59,729 bases of DNA from a virus (IMGVR_UViG_3300042485_001429:1-59729), one strand, 5' to 3'; positions 20,901-29,344 are shown, numbered from the stretch's first letter. Made by a program: numbers and translations. Notes: generated by a model not told the origin, from the sequence alone.

Positions 20901-21957
20901 TTTTGCATCATTCTCATTAAATCAAAAATCTAGAATGGTATCAGATATTAAGGTTCTAGGAATTAATAGTGGTGCATCAAAGCAGGACAAAATGATAGCT
21001 CTTAGATCTTTAGCATCTCTTCCATTTGAAATGGCGTTATATCAATCTATGAGTTTAGCTATACGTCTTGGATACCTTGCTATTGCAAAGGGAATAGTTG
21101 GAGCAATTGCAGATGACGATGATGAGGAAAAAGAAAAATTATTGGGCATGGAGGTATCTAAGGAGATGAAGAATGCAACAAAATATCCGTTAAGATCTAT
21201 GATTACAGATTTTCTTTCTCCAGCACCAGTGCTTGATAATTTAGTAGTTGGTGGAGCAAATGCTTTACTACGTCAATCAGAAGATAAGGAAATGATAGAT
21301 GATGCAGTATCCAAAAAGAATCTAATGCTTGAGGTTTTAGGAAAAGATAAAATGGATGAAGATCAAAAAGAAAAGTTTATTAAAAAATTTAAAAAAGATC
21401 ACGAGTATCAATTGTTTAATGATGAACAAAAATCATGGGGCACAATAGGTATTGGTACAGATTTGTATATAGAAATAATGGATAATGCAAAAACAGCGAC
21501 TACAGGAAAATATACTCAAGACTACATGGGAAATGAGTCAGAAAGATTCTTGCTTCCAAAAGATCAAGAGAACATTCAAAATGCCGTTATATTTGAAGCT
21601 TTGTTTGCATTAGGAATAGTTCCACGTGATGTCAATACCGTAACAAAGAACATAATAAAGTTATCAAAGAAGAACTCCTTAACAGAAAATCAATTTGAAA
21701 AATACAAGGCTGTTGGAAAAGAGACTGGTAGCAAGGTAACTGGATGGAAGATGGATCTGACTAAATCAAAATCAAAATTAGAGACAACAGTTTCCGAGAT
21801 TGAATGGATTGAAAAAAATGGAGGGTTAACTGAAAAGCAGGGCAAAGAGTATGTAAAACTTTCAGCAGCATTTGATGAGGTTTTATATAGAGATCTACAA
21901 AAAATTCAATCTGGAAAAACAGCTGATCAGATAATTAACTCTTACTCAAAAAAGTAG
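11977..21957 (+). CDS. Giant polyvalent virion/ejection protein
   Basis: 3326 aa; zincin HEAFH (16006-16020), HDFFGH module (17788-17805), long helical C-terminal region. Confidence 0.75.
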   Translation: MNAKYKNLYQELVSRDLTSLDEDLFYNEYSTNDQKFGELYSYLESEGLTSLDPETFKSEYLTDTPVEKKNPDVTELPLETGSSERFTDQTTEDPSRDAWNRPKGDKWFGFNPDTKKYTEGPNKGLTGSDVFSNSGAYILESNPEVLYKRNGQHWLKQVGGKYVPLTKGDIQAREKILNEQAVKASQFQIDWIKNNPKEVKIEYQDIPDDKMEQKFPGITKITKEETKRWQEENKKKPVDTRKPTSETIELAIVGEKIYDLQEEQSKKEFYESPVTSESFTYWLDATGKPRQGLDPVKSQQALDFAKRLIGEPELAQLSKIDKLGKINLNVPSADKFLNKEFYNSNFSFEQDGNELIINSYLPGAKNNEGDIENTISIDLSGKNSGATIKQFLRDNLFYKVDVDRLNKASENTENYIDFILSSSDKLKMTDDRKNKIRDWQQQESAVIEADIQRNDLNNLDKEIKLYESAVLSFNKKVASGKMTQQEFDKENDNISNQYKGILKKQEISSGLLERTKRLEEAQNLLEITYPIEAKGSILGSQLRTFVQSVVATPLKTGLDISLAAGNLMMGDEKFAKFIDGNYDVKKSRGLTDAEIANSAQAKVKELNIGLTDLALTQVTGTNKEYYQDPNNSKIFQALNAVVESVGTAVSGGGSKALTTAAFFSLSYNAMEDQMRGPDFDHLTENEKKLISVPYGLVIGQMEKFGFKVAAGAGKNPLFNKFANSVITTAFKGLPKNAGLVELNSAIQKNIGASIAKGLIKVVGGGVSEGSVEFGQQIFEGVEKFAVNEILKNDNFNQEYFKDGQDLTKEGGWKTLIDQGWDAFKLGFLAGGMTTGGSMVKNNIVDIGSNNKFDIYKNLVLNKEAREGWIASIQKEKENGTISFEEMNKKTDEINRSYSTLIKIPASLTTQSQREAFSLLQERENIENEIKDKEPNLVVKETNRIKEINEALKTTSENATKEDNIQQQEGTAEGGISEYQGTGEGQPEVGVSEGGQRETTVNEADSGDSTVASKVQQEEQVAAYRAEEQAELIKAIPKIESYKVNGEIDKTLMPKTVLAKYNSIYNKYDNLISPLLEPTAEVVIDKPVITTNTTAEVERVKSLTPDSEDGATFNIDGTKYEGVGLVVPVDSMNTTTEELTPEMVADFVAERQEMIGDAGVVKAGIYKFPNSNQVSIDLSVVVPETSREQALEFARLAGQESLFDLATFENIKTGATGENPMSFSPEQHREISKALKEGKIPNVFGTTAKTTNNLLTKENIKEVETKQTTPKNKLIVKAAKMVLNAIPGVKIYMHNNGQEMASAIEASKKQLTKEEKTGLTESSGLYVDGDIHINLESATIGTVYHEAFHALIEKNGMKSGSILLMAKGLKNIISDKGIKQRLDDFVSQYNEDEKAEEYISELGGILSEAEQELTTTKLQQFKTLINNIAKKLGLPVIFSASATAQDAADFINTMSKKLRTGENILADGFQTNIISNKIKSQIPVKVNKNQKLTFVKQSDIIDIKSLVDDIVSKNETVWFWVADQLGRGIYFDSVIDGNHYLDAGPSYALDPENRSKNIIWASGANPKTLNNNIDRSDYIFIISGSPQLSKLFNKKVSGIVRSRIEDKVDFNEFKNSILNSKPTKQILNIIKKYNSYDELFNGSDRKAVLISINEQKSKNTKLNKVLESYDAFIDLNELRDGFYKENDFKLGDVMLVLKPEKIGDKSNHSTYETDIIGSVVGVPDLVINSFDLMTDEVKNKYKNNLERVQQQQIVAPYGMGVKNISKIKFRKNKTDKLTAPVAGNKLFNEPLKQALDIAKSYMKSIGMEYTPVEKITKLDEGLSKRISDAYDKMKDDPTDPEVKAAYEAMAKETLDQYDAITAKGYNLEINNNEPYSSSEDMINDLRDNNRMKIFSTESGFGDTPITEKQREENILLKDSGRKDANGETLLINDVFRFVHDFFGHAKLGNSFGPIGEENAWRVHSEMYSPEAKKAMTSETRGQNSFVNFSGVNDAAFKKRDKARQLRKEGKIDQANQMVGEVYDEMKFADQKIGLLPSFAVEEGAPSKIKFQKTQQETRMDSEAEAIFKKSLDRGVAWNTAIQNVIDYIQISKWYEDASDIDREQKIRDFRQSKKQKLKKAPSVAKIMGTPKPSTVTVTEKTALKDQIRLEARAAREAKVDLNQKRKLLSTAIKGLVKLGRLNTKQAGIIIARVGYVNLDNQVMVDRLAEYAAKVFEKADYQDTLSRAFSFRKEIRKLLKGDIQAEVVGMAKKFSKIDPSMVDDIEKYLDMAEIVKNAIKPSKVNNKKLDVNMRESMNIDSVSEFTNDAIENQERILKEELLAVHSELVDAGVIDDKMSLSEIELIINSLKEKEEDANYKADILTFLSKRIDTMSAIIKDILTYKINPMTGEEVDLTEKNIDLISRMLNIDINNVSIKEAIFIAEAMDNFINNNITSSVEAVIEKHEGVTELENLIADKVVASPLRKYFSTYAGQLFSEQVASMPILFEKLFVGAKKGLMIAKKMGWTALINGVNKAEKIFNTTVDVYFKQYSKTKPNGKSFNDAENVYERGMLAFLSRNVSGTVTQQSEELKRRVEVLKESVKSLLEGSSKEQKMGELYQKVYDKLNIESGDIDVIRANVDKINRSAVGWWINQWGTTYNDLSDISLSVYNTVLSSDTSYTTDRYKLLAKSTSKEIIDPKTGSFGRDIEILDMNKAGVIMPSTRPSASAVSNASRYISLDFDVNNTSAYKGALIDINTAAAIRKIDGFINSKKLAKLIPIEEDREIFTGRIRDYIQAAKNKMPVQSDKMRLLDQLTNFLGGIGVAKALGGIDQVVKQTLPIALSTIVNSGRFDLVMPGSSASVWIDSLGMAISNRGQESQSTIESVDRRLEKAAGLIDKSANAFVDIQQFWLKYFLSKPDVFIAKSSFISYYKQYLSNNNQSTDIDWATHNVNQDAADYAMTMVDRQQNISDTKMAGKIFSSQNSTTKIMRKIFLPFASFSLNQKSRMVSDIKVLGINSGASKQDKMIALRSLASLPFEMALYQSMSLAIRLGYLAIAKGIVGAIADDDDEEKEKLLGMEVSKEMKNATKYPLRSMITDFLSPAPVLDNLVVGGANALLRQSEDKEMIDDAVSKKNLMLEVLGKDKMDEDQKEKFIKKFKKDHEYQLFNDEQKSWGTIGIGTDLYIEIMDNAKTATTGKYTQDYMGNESERFLLPKDQENIQNAVIFEALFALGIVPRDVNTVTKNIIKLSKKNSLTENQFEKYKAVGKETGSKVTGWKMDLTKSKSKLETTVSEIEWIEKNGGLTEKQGKEYVKLSAAFDEVLYRDLQKIQSGKTADQIINSYSKK
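12176..12251 (+). other. Candidate -1 frameshift/slippage site (A10) with short -1 frame extension
   Basis: G AAAAAAAAAA T at 12175-12186; -1 frame reads KSRRYGITLGDWFIGAIYGPND* (TGA 12249-12251). Confidence 0.4.
14846..15037 (+). CDS. Small basic protein nested in the +1 frame of the giant gene
   Basis: MPLKK...SANIRELVK...KQIVAIALSQAK resembles a widespread stand-alone small phage protein; A-rich start context. Confidence 0.7.
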   Translation: MPLKKTTSSNKKVQQKAVSANIRELVKDNQKSGSAKGDNGKPRSMKQIVAIALSQAKYSKKSK

Positions 21958-23096
21958 GGCTTAATATTTTTTCTATCTGAAAACTTACTGATGTTTTGAA
22001 CGACAAAGCCAGACCTACCCTTCTTGAAGTTTGTCTGCACCCACTCTGAACTAGGTGAGAATGCTGGATAATTAAAGTAGTCAAACTCATCAGAGGTACA
22101 CATGTCAAACAGACACTGGTGTGAGTCTCCCTTGCTGAACTCAATGTACTTACAAGACCTCAACTCATTGTTGTGTCTTATGTACTGAGATATTTTTTCA
22201 GAAGACCTTGGGTCTAGCTGTGGCTTAAATCCAAACTTTAAATTTCTAGAATCTTTTCCATGGCTTATGATAAATCCATGGTCCCCTATGATATAAAAAT
22301 TTATGAACTTCTGATGGTTGATAACTTCAACGTTTGAATGTTTAAAGTCAACGATTTGTTTAAATGCTGAGTTAACTATGTATCCAAATGCTCCAGCGTG
22401 ATTGTCCTCACAGATGTTGTTACAGGTTATGTGCTTGTAGTGTTTAGATAGTTCGTCTATTAGTCTAACCTTTGCCTTTAGACCAGCCTCAAATGACTCT
22501 TCGTTGGTCATGTTCTGGGGCAGTTTGTGGCCCTTACGTGTCGTTTCTCCGTCCCAACCATCCATGTAGTCACCGAGCTCATCTAAGATCAGTATATCGC
22601 TAGTTTTATTCTCTAGTATAAAGTCAATCATCTCGTCAATTCTATCGTTTAATACAACATGATTCCAGTCTGCTGGATACAAGGCAAGACCCTTACGGCT
22701 TGCGTCCATACCAACGTGCACATCGGTCCATATTACCCGATCAAAGTCATAAGACTTAGGTGGCTTAATTTTTTTAACTGCAACATGATCTGCCATGCAC
22801 TCAGATATAATCTTATCAAAGTTTATCTCAGTAACATTAAAGTTAGGGTTTCTAATAAAAAGTGACGCCTCCTTAGACTTCAACCACATGTATGGTACGG
22901 TTGATTGATCAATGTTTAAAGATTCACAAGCATCACGAAGACCTTTCTTTTTAATAAGCCTAGAGATTTGCATTCTTAATGCTTCTGGTTCTAGGTCGTT
23001 TAGTGGGAATTCTTTTTTTATTATTCGAGATATCTCGGTAATGTTTTGAGTTGTATTATCATACAGCTCAAGTGCTCTGTTATGGAATGTATTCAT
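21942..23096 (-). CDS. Calcineurin-like metallophosphoesterase with N-terminal HTH-like region
   Basis: TDVHVG, GDYMDG, DNH, SHG, GDSH motifs. Confidence 0.75.
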   Translation of the reverse strand: MNTFHNRALELYDNTTQNITEISRIIKKEFPLNDLEPEALRMQISRLIKKKGLRDACESLNIDQSTVPYMWLKSKEASLFIRNPNFNVTEINFDKIISECMADHVAVKKIKPPKSYDFDRVIWTDVHVGMDASRKGLALYPADWNHVVLNDRIDEMIDFILENKTSDILILDELGDYMDGWDGETTRKGHKLPQNMTNEESFEAGLKAKVRLIDELSKHYKHITCNNICEDNHAGAFGYIVNSAFKQIVDFKHSNVEVINHQKFINFYIIGDHGFIISHGKDSRNLKFGFKPQLDPRSSEKISQYIRHNNELRSCKYIEFSKGDSHQCLFDMCTSDEFDYFNYPAFSPSSEWVQTNFKKGRSGFVVQNISKFSDRKNIKPYFFE

Positions 23097-23247
23097 GAGT
23101 TTTTTGGAGGTCCTTTAGGACTTTAATTAAATTTAAAATATTAGATTTTAATTCTTCATTTTCATCGTCCATTAACGCTTCGTAAATGCAACAACTTAGG
23201 TCGTTGATTTCATCCATTACCCCGTTAACGTAATTAACATTACTCAT
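23080..23247 (-). CDS. Small hypothetical protein (55 aa, MSNVNYVNG...)
   Basis: Manual translation; fills the gap, overlaps the next start, follows a -7 promoter. Confidence 0.6.
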   Translation of the reverse strand: MSNVNYVNGVMDEINDLSCCIYEALMDDENEELKSNILNLIKVLKDLQKTHEYIP

Positions 23248-23252
23248 ATATG

Positions 23253-23260
23253 CAAAGTTA
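23253..23260 (-). promoter_or_regulatory. Bacteroidota -7 promoter element
   Basis: TAACTTTG on the minus strand just upstream of ATG 23247. Confidence 0.6.
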
Positions 23261-23291
23261 TGTATTTTTTTTATTCAAAACACAAAAAAAA

Positions 23292-23573
23292 TTATAATTC
23301 TGTAAGCCAAGATCTAAATGTGTTGCCCATATGGACAACCTCCTGATAGAAATCTTCTACCTCTTTATCATTTTCTTGCTCAATTTTTAAATAAATAGTG
23401 TTGCCAAGCTTCTCTACCTCTGCAATAAATTCATTACCAGATTTTTTGATAAGTCGCTTGTATAGCTGGGGGTACGTGTCCCTGATATCCTCCATGAAGT
23501 CCATCATCACTGGCAAAATACCTACCAAGGCAGCCAGTTTTTTTTCGCTCGTTATAGATTTTTTTTTCGTCAT
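23292..23573 (-). CDS. Hypothetical protein
   Basis: 93-aa ORF in the minus-strand operon. Confidence 0.6.
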   Translation of the reverse strand: MTKKKSITSEKKLAALVGILPVMMDFMEDIRDTYPQLYKRLIKKSGNEFIAEVEKLGNTIYLKIEQENDKEVEDFYQEVVHMGNTFRSWLTEL

Positions 23574-23859
23574 CGCTTAAGTTATTAAAAGTATATTTTA
23601 TTGGTTTCAACATTTCTTCTTCACTATGAAAGTCTTCCTCTTTCTTGTATCCAAACTCACCCCTGCTAACACTTAGTTTTATTATATTATAAAGGTTTAG
23701 GTGTACCGTGACCTCGGGGATATTGTATTTTTTACCGATCTGTTTTAAAGTCCACCCATCCTCTACAAGTTTTCTAATGTTCTCACTCTCCCTCGTTAAC
23801 GTCAAAGTATGCCTCACCATTATACCAACAGGCCTTGGCTCCGTGTTTTTTGATTTCAT
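23434..23859 (-). CDS. HTH-containing hypothetical protein (start uncertain)
   Basis: GWTLKQIGKKYNIPEVTV HTH-like segment. Confidence 0.5.
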   Translation of the reverse strand: MKSKNTEPRPVGIMVRHTLTLTRESENIRKLVEDGWTLKQIGKKYNIPEVTVHLNLYNIIKLSVSRGEFGYKKEEDFHSEEEMLKPIKYTFNNLSDDEKKIYNERKKTGCLGRYFASDDGLHGGYQGHVPPAIQATYQKIW

Positions 23860-24052
23860 TCATCCTATATATTTGTAGTGGTCTTGGCTTCTGCCCTTTC
23901 TTTTTAACCTCAATAAATTCAACGTTAGAATCTTTAGGTATCGCTAGTAGATCGGGTATCCCTGGCTTATTTGTTACAGATAGTTTTATGACATAGTAAC
24001 CCTCGGTCTCAAGTTTCTTTATTAGTTTCGACTGGATCTGTTGCTCGGTCAT
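23783..24052 (-). CDS. VRR-NUC-like nuclease/resolvase
   Basis: TEQQIQ...GIPDL...FIEVK...PLQ PD-(D/E)XK signature. Confidence 0.85.
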   Translation of the reverse strand: MTEQQIQSKLIKKLETEGYYVIKLSVTNKPGIPDLLAIPKDSNVEFIEVKKKGQKPRPLQIYRMNEIKKHGAKACWYNGEAYFDVNEGE

Positions 24053-24269
24053 TAAATACTGTATAATAGCTACTTAAATATGGTAGAACTTTATTAATGT
24101 TTGCAAATCTAACAAAGTTCATGTCAATATCCAAAACTTTTATCTCTTTTATTTTTATACAGTCTCCATCAAGTTCATACTTTGATATCTCCAATACATT
24201 TATTGGAGGAGTTTCTAGGTCAAACTTATCTATTAAAAGCTTGACCATCGGGTCGTTAAGTAATTTCAT
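24009..24269 (-). CDS. Hypothetical protein
   Basis: 86-aa ORF coupled to its neighbours. Confidence 0.55.
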   Translation of the reverse strand: MKLLNDPMVKLLIDKFDLETPPINVLEISKYELDGDCIKIKEIKVLDIDMNFVRFANINKVLPYLSSYYTVFNDRATDPVETNKET

Positions 24270-25488
24270 AGTCCTTTTTAAAAATGTTTACGGTGTATTT
24301 TTTCTTTGCCTTCACGGCCTTATATATCTTATCTTCAATTCCACCCTCAGCAAATATCCAGTATATCTTATTGAATAAACGGTCCATGGTGGTCATACGG
24401 TCTCTCGCCTGCCAGAATGATGTTGCAGAAAAGTCGATGTTATAAAAGACCAAGTACTCTGCGTTCTTTAAAGATATACCCTCCCTACCACTAACGATCT
24501 GTAGGGCTATAGACTTGTTGCTGGAGTTGAACTCCTCGATGTCTGATGTCAAGTTTTCTGCACCATAAACTTGACTTAGTGCATTGAATTCTTCTTTAAA
24601 CTTGTAGAATATACCAATCTTTGCGGTCGCAAATTGCGACTTGATAAACTCAGCCTTAGTCAGATCAAGTACCATAGAGTTGCCAGTCTCAAACTTACAG
24701 GTTCCGCTGTATAGTTGGTGTAGCTTCTGCATTAACTTTGCAGGAGTGTCTCCCAATATTACCTCGTTGTTACCCTCGACAACTAAGTCTGACTTCAGCT
24801 TTTTACATATGCTGTATGTAACTGGTTTCATCTTTAGGTGTATTATCTCTTCCTCTATCTCTGAAGAAAATCCAGCCTCACTCTGAGTGAATGTTATCAT
24901 GTACTGAGAAACAACAGACATAATCTTTGACTCTATTCCCTTTGAATAGTCATTGACGAGCATGCTGTTTATCTTTCTTTGATACTTCATCACGTAGTCA
25001 TCTGCCCACCTATAGAAGTTTGCATAGCCCCTAAATGGTGAGTAGATACTTATCCAAAACTGATGGTACATCTGAGAGAAGCTCTCTGGTGTTGGTGTAC
25101 CTGACAATAAAATAAGTGGTATGCTTGAGTACCTATACTTAAATTGCTTGGCACCAAGTGATGGCTTAGGAAATGATCCAAACCTGTGTGACTCATCATG
25201 TACCACTAAGTCAAAGCTACCATCAACCTTATGTATTGATTCGTTGTTTGATACTACTAGTTCAAAGTACTCAGAGTATCCAAAGTTATCGTAGTCGTCT
25301 TGGATACTCTTTATAGCTTTTTTCTTTGTCATAAAGAGAACCCTTAACGCACCATATAACTTTGCTGTTTCAAATGAGGTCAGAGTCTTTCCAGTTCTAA
25401 CCTCCATGCTTAGGTAGACTATTTTCTTTAGTCTCAGTATCTCTACTGCCCTATTCGCTATGTCTATTTGATATTCACGAAGCATCAT
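24256..25488 (-). CDS. SF2 (SNF2-like) DNA helicase
   Basis: LREYQ, RTGKT, DESH, SGTP, GREGISL, QARDR motifs. Confidence 0.9.
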   Translation of the reverse strand: MMLREYQIDIANRAVEILRLKKIVYLSMEVRTGKTLTSFETAKLYGALRVLFMTKKKAIKSIQDDYDNFGYSEYFELVVSNNESIHKVDGSFDLVVHDESHRFGSFPKPSLGAKQFKYRYSSIPLILLSGTPTPESFSQMYHQFWISIYSPFRGYANFYRWADDYVMKYQRKINSMLVNDYSKGIESKIMSVVSQYMITFTQSEAGFSSEIEEEIIHLKMKPVTYSICKKLKSDLVVEGNNEVILGDTPAKLMQKLHQLYSGTCKFETGNSMVLDLTKAEFIKSQFATAKIGIFYKFKEEFNALSQVYGAENLTSDIEEFNSSNKSIALQIVSGREGISLKNAEYLVFYNIDFSATSFWQARDRMTTMDRLFNKIYWIFAEGGIEDKIYKAVKAKKKYTVNIFKKDYEIT

Positions 25489-25762
25489 CCTGTAGTTTTT
25501 GAATCCAGTATTTTACCTCAACTATTGTCTCAGCATTTATAGTCTTGTCGAGTTTTAACAGGCTCCTTCTAAGAACTCTAAGGCTGTCTAATGGAACGTA
25601 GGGCAATACATCAGACGCTCCAGTTATATATTCGTAAGCAACACGATAGTCGTTACAGGTATCTGATAGCTCAGCCTGTCTTTTTGTGCCACTTCTAGAC
25701 AATTGAAATAACTTCTTTGTTATCTCCCATCTTTCCTTGATAATAAAACTTGAGTATTCCAT
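25475..25762 (-). CDS. Hypothetical protein
   Basis: 95-aa ORF between primase and helicase. Confidence 0.55.
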   Translation of the reverse strand: MEYSSFIIKERWEITKKLFQLSRSGTKRQAELSDTCNDYRVAYEYITGASDVLPYVPLDSLRVLRRSLLKLDKTINAETIVEVKYWIQKLQDDAS

Positions 25763-25764
25763 AG

Positions 25765-28089
25765 TTAAAAGTTTAAGAGTAAATTTTCATCTTTCTTTAA
25801 TATAAATTCTATCGTCTTACCAAGTGCGTTTCTTGATATGTTAGGCTTGGTACCAAACGCAAAATCACCGTAGCAGTCTATCCACCTATAAAATTTGTTG
25901 TGAGATATCTTGTACTTGCCGTACTGACCCCAGTCTGGGTACTGTATAGAGAAGTCGTTGTACAGCTCCTGACCTAAAGACACAGCGTTTAGCCTTGTCA
26001 TGTAGTTGTCGGAACCAGTACACCACTCCCAGAAATCACCAGACGTTTCAGCGATAAACTTTCGTGTAGCAAGATTCTTAAACTCGCTTCTAGATAGTCC
26101 ACTAGACAGATAGAACTGTAGGTTTTGGATCATGTAGTTGTCAAAATTGTTCCACTCCTCGTCAGACCATCCAGTGAATAGCATGTGACCAAACTCACTC
26201 TCAGGAGTAAAGGACTTGGTGTAGTACTGCTTGAACTCAAGGTCCCACTTCCTTCTCTCAAATGAATTTCCTGCACCCTTGATCGCATAGTTTGTAGTTA
26301 TAACAATCTTTGGAGAGTATTCAAATGGGATGTGTATCTCGTCCTTGTTCTTCTTCTCAAGTGTTATTCCCTCAGTAATGATAGAGAACAACTTCTCGAA
26401 GTCAAAGTTACGTGCAACGTCATCAAAGACAAGTGTCTGCGTGTCTACCTGTACCCTTTGGTATGGGAAAGACTTCTGAAAACTAAATCCCTTGCCATCT
26501 ATAATAACCATCTTTTTCATGTGGCTTATAGACTTTACAAAGATACCCTTACCAGTACCACCCTCTGGATTATCGCTGATCACCTCGTCATTTAATATAA
26601 CCGCTGGTGAGTAGCTGGCTGGCTTGTGGCTGTGCATGAGGTAACCAAGTGTTGACTCCATAGACTTTAAACGCTCAGTGTTGTCGCCAGAAATATTTTT
26701 AATAAACACCCTAAACTCACAATCAACAACGCTTGACTTACTGAAGTCCCTGTTTATCTTTTGCTTCTCCCAAACATGGCCCGTAAGTTTTTTGTAGTCA
26801 ATACTAAATATATCATCCCGTGTAACCTTGACTGCACAGTTCTGATAGTACAGGTAAGCCTCGTCAGGAGTGTCAACCATAAACTCAGGCTCAATCTTTG
26901 CAACATAATTTAAGAAGGTCTCTTGAAAAAACTTAGTGTTCATAGCAAAGAAATTATATATAGACATGTCGTCTATAGCTAACAACTTCTCTAGCACAAA
27001 GTCCTTTATCATGTCCTCGTTAACATCGCTGATGGTATTGTTGACAACTCTAACAAAGACAAAGTTGTTTGATCCAACTGGGTAGTACTTATAGAACCCA
27101 TTTTTCTGTAAGTACAACCTAAATAAATGTGGGACCAAGTCAACCTTGCCCTTGCTAGATTTTGTCCAAAATTCATCTTCATTAATAGTAACGAATTCTG
27201 ATCCATCTACCTCAGATGCTGGGGCACCATTTAATATCTTATTCTTAATGGTGGCAATCTTTTCAGAATCCTCAAAAAACTTAGTATTGAATGATGCCTT
27301 GTTTCGATATGCACTAGATACTATTTGTGGTATCTCTCTAGCCATATCACCAGCAGTGTCATAAGACATAAGTACTAGTGTTGATAACGACTCTGAAATT
27401 CCATACTCGTTGTGTGCAGAGGCCAGTATGTATAGATTATTATTTCTCGACCCACTGACCATGCCATAGTTCTTCTCCCACCAAATAGACAGCCTCTTTG
27501 TGATGTCGTCCTCGTTTACGATAGTTATTGTTTTTACTAATGGCTTTTTATATTCTGGATCCTTCTCCATCTCATACCAAACCAAAGACAATTCATTAAC
27601 ATGGATATCAGGGTCATAGGACTCATAACACACCCTGCTTATGTTCTTGCAAGACACATCAAACTCCTTACAAAAGAAATGCTTCTGTAGTGACAGAAAA
27701 TATTTCTTATGGTTCATAGGGTCTTTTGGTATGCGGACCAACGCCTTCAGTCCATCACCAGATGGAGAGGTAAACACAGAGTATACATACTTATCGTTTA
27801 TCAATTCTAATCTTTTGTCCTCTATGTTTCCATCAAAACCATCGAAGTCTAAACAAATAAATCCACTGTGATCAACGATAGAGTTGTCTGCCCTCTTAGA
27901 GAAGGTGCCAGAAAAACATATCGCTGGCAACAACTTCTTCTTCTCGTTACGCATGTCTTTGTTTGTCTCAGACCTTACTAACTCAACGATGTCCTTTGAC
28001 TTGCCAGATCTTATCCTGTCTAGTGCAACATTGATGTCACGGTAGAATGGAGAAGATGTATCACTGATTGATTTAAAGTATGTTATCAT
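25765..28089 (-). CDS. Primase-helicase (BT4734/VirE N-terminal prim-pol, PriCT, SF3/D5-like helicase)
   Basis: KKLLPAICFSG, LDFD, SPSGDGLK, GSRNNNL, GGTGKG, FDD, ITTNY. Confidence 0.85.
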   Translation of the reverse strand: MITYFKSISDTSSPFYRDINVALDRIRSGKSKDIVELVRSETNKDMRNEKKKLLPAICFSGTFSKRADNSIVDHSGFICLDFDGFDGNIEDKRLELINDKYVYSVFTSPSGDGLKALVRIPKDPMNHKKYFLSLQKHFFCKEFDVSCKNISRVCYESYDPDIHVNELSLVWYEMEKDPEYKKPLVKTITIVNEDDITKRLSIWWEKNYGMVSGSRNNNLYILASAHNEYGISESLSTLVLMSYDTAGDMAREIPQIVSSAYRNKASFNTKFFEDSEKIATIKNKILNGAPASEVDGSEFVTINEDEFWTKSSKGKVDLVPHLFRLYLQKNGFYKYYPVGSNNFVFVRVVNNTISDVNEDMIKDFVLEKLLAIDDMSIYNFFAMNTKFFQETFLNYVAKIEPEFMVDTPDEAYLYYQNCAVKVTRDDIFSIDYKKLTGHVWEKQKINRDFSKSSVVDCEFRVFIKNISGDNTERLKSMESTLGYLMHSHKPASYSPAVILNDEVISDNPEGGTGKGIFVKSISHMKKMVIIDGKGFSFQKSFPYQRVQVDTQTLVFDDVARNFDFEKLFSIITEGITLEKKNKDEIHIPFEYSPKIVITTNYAIKGAGNSFERRKWDLEFKQYYTKSFTPESEFGHMLFTGWSDEEWNNFDNYMIQNLQFYLSSGLSRSEFKNLATRKFIAETSGDFWEWCTGSDNYMTRLNAVSLGQELYNDFSIQYPDWGQYGKYKISHNKFYRWIDCYGDFAFGTKPNISRNALGKTIEFILKKDENLLLNF

Positions 28090-28099
28090 TTATTATATT

Positions 28100-28354
28100 T
28101 TATTGATTAGATAATTCTTCACTATATTCTACATTACCAATCGATATTAAATCCAAATCGGCAAATCGGCTTGAGGAGTATCCATGCCACATTAAACCAT
28201 TTTTAGTAGTTCCTTTGTTCCTTATTCCAGATATAATAAACACCCTCTGTTCATAAGAATTTATAAATTCATTCATGACACGGTACTCCCTACCATTCAC
28301 AATCTCTGCCCCTTCTGGTAATTTTTTGTCATTAATACAAACTACTTTCTTCAT
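28100..28354 (-). CDS. Hypothetical protein
   Basis: 84-aa ORF. Confidence 0.6.
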   Translation of the reverse strand: MKKVVCINDKKLPEGAEIVNGREYRVMNEFINSYEQRVFIISGIRNKGTTKNGLMWHGYSSSRFADLDLISIGNVEYSEELSNQ

Positions 28355-28355
28355 G

Positions 28356-28586
28356 TTAGTCTAAGTTTAAATTATATTCATTCAATATCTCTCTTATAGC
28401 ATCTCTTACTTTATCAGCCATGTCCCTCTCTTCAGATGTAGCTTCTCGTCTTTCAAAGGAACCATGCTTTGTTGCACTTCTGAGAAGTTGGTCTAAGTCC
28501 CACATGGCTAATTTCCACTTGTATCCATCTAAGGCCGTCCTTGCATCGTCTTGTTCTTCAAATTCATACTCAATAATTACTTTCAT
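28356..28586 (-). CDS. Hypothetical protein
   Basis: 76-aa ORF, coupled to neighbours. Confidence 0.65.
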   Translation of the reverse strand: MKVIIEYEFEEQDDARTALDGYKWKLAMWDLDQLLRSATKHGSFERREATSEERDMADKVRDAIREILNEYNLNLD

Positions 28587-28978
28587 TTGTCCAGTTTTTT
28601 AGTTAATAAACTATCTCTATATGCTATCTCTTTCCTAATTAAATCAAGGTGCCAATCAACACCACCATAGTCAAGTACTGCCTCTAGGTAGTCATCATCC
28701 ATGTCAGCTATTGCTATCCAAGTTAGTGGGTCTTTACCATCCTTACCTCTGCTACCTCTCGTTGCATGTTGTCTGACAACCTCAAAGTCATCGTCTTCAT
28801 AAACATAATAAAGTTCAATCTTTGTCATGTCCATTGCACCATACCTACCATATTCATTACCTCCATCTGCCATAGCATCATTGGGGCAACTACACGTTAC
28901 ATAGTCATGCCTGTGTCTACTTACTAATACCTCATTACACTCAAGGCATTTTACTGAATTATATACTATCTGTCTCAT
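28583..28978 (-). CDS. Zn-finger-like phage protein
   Basis: CLEC...SRHRHDYVTCSC...DGG. Confidence 0.65.
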   Translation of the reverse strand: MRQIVYNSVKCLECNEVLVSRHRHDYVTCSCPNDAMADGGNEYGRYGAMDMTKIELYYVYEDDDFEVVRQHATRGSRGKDGKDPLTWIAIADMDDDYLEAVLDYGGVDWHLDLIRKEIAYRDSLLTKKLDK

Positions 28979-29022
28979 TTTTATAAGTTTTACTTGTTAA
29001 TTATTAGTTTTACAGTATAAGT

Positions 29023-29235
29023 TTATTTATTACGAGATACCCTGATCCAAAATTTATTTACTTTGTGTAATCCTAATTGTGAATTTAATTTTCTTGTTTC
29101 TTTATTTTGCATTCTTCCAGGTGTTACAACCCATACATCATCATTCCCATCAAATATCTTTATGTTTTGATTACGTAAATATTCTGAGATGTCCTTCATA
29201 GCAATTCTGGCTGAACATTTGTGTTTTGGTTTCAT
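29023..29235 (-). CDS. Hypothetical protein
   Basis: 70-aa ORF. Confidence 0.5.
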   Translation of the reverse strand: MKPKHKCSARIAMKDISEYLRNQNIKIFDGNDDVWVVTPGRMQNKETRKLNSQLGLHKVNKFWIRVSRNK

Positions 29236-29344
29236 ATCATTTCTATTTAATTAATGTGGCAATTTTTGCCACTTATCCTTTATCAAACTGTCTCATATAT
29301 TAGCTAAATTTGGGACAAATAGTTGTTAATAGCTAACATATTAG

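Noticed and set aside
11977-21957. crAss-type virion RNA polymerase
   Set aside because: No DFDxD-like catalytic motif found by eye; needs HMM confirmation
29256-29272. Palindrome GTGGCAA-TTT-TTGCCAC
   Set aside because: Single short copy with no U-tract or recurrence; no function can be supported
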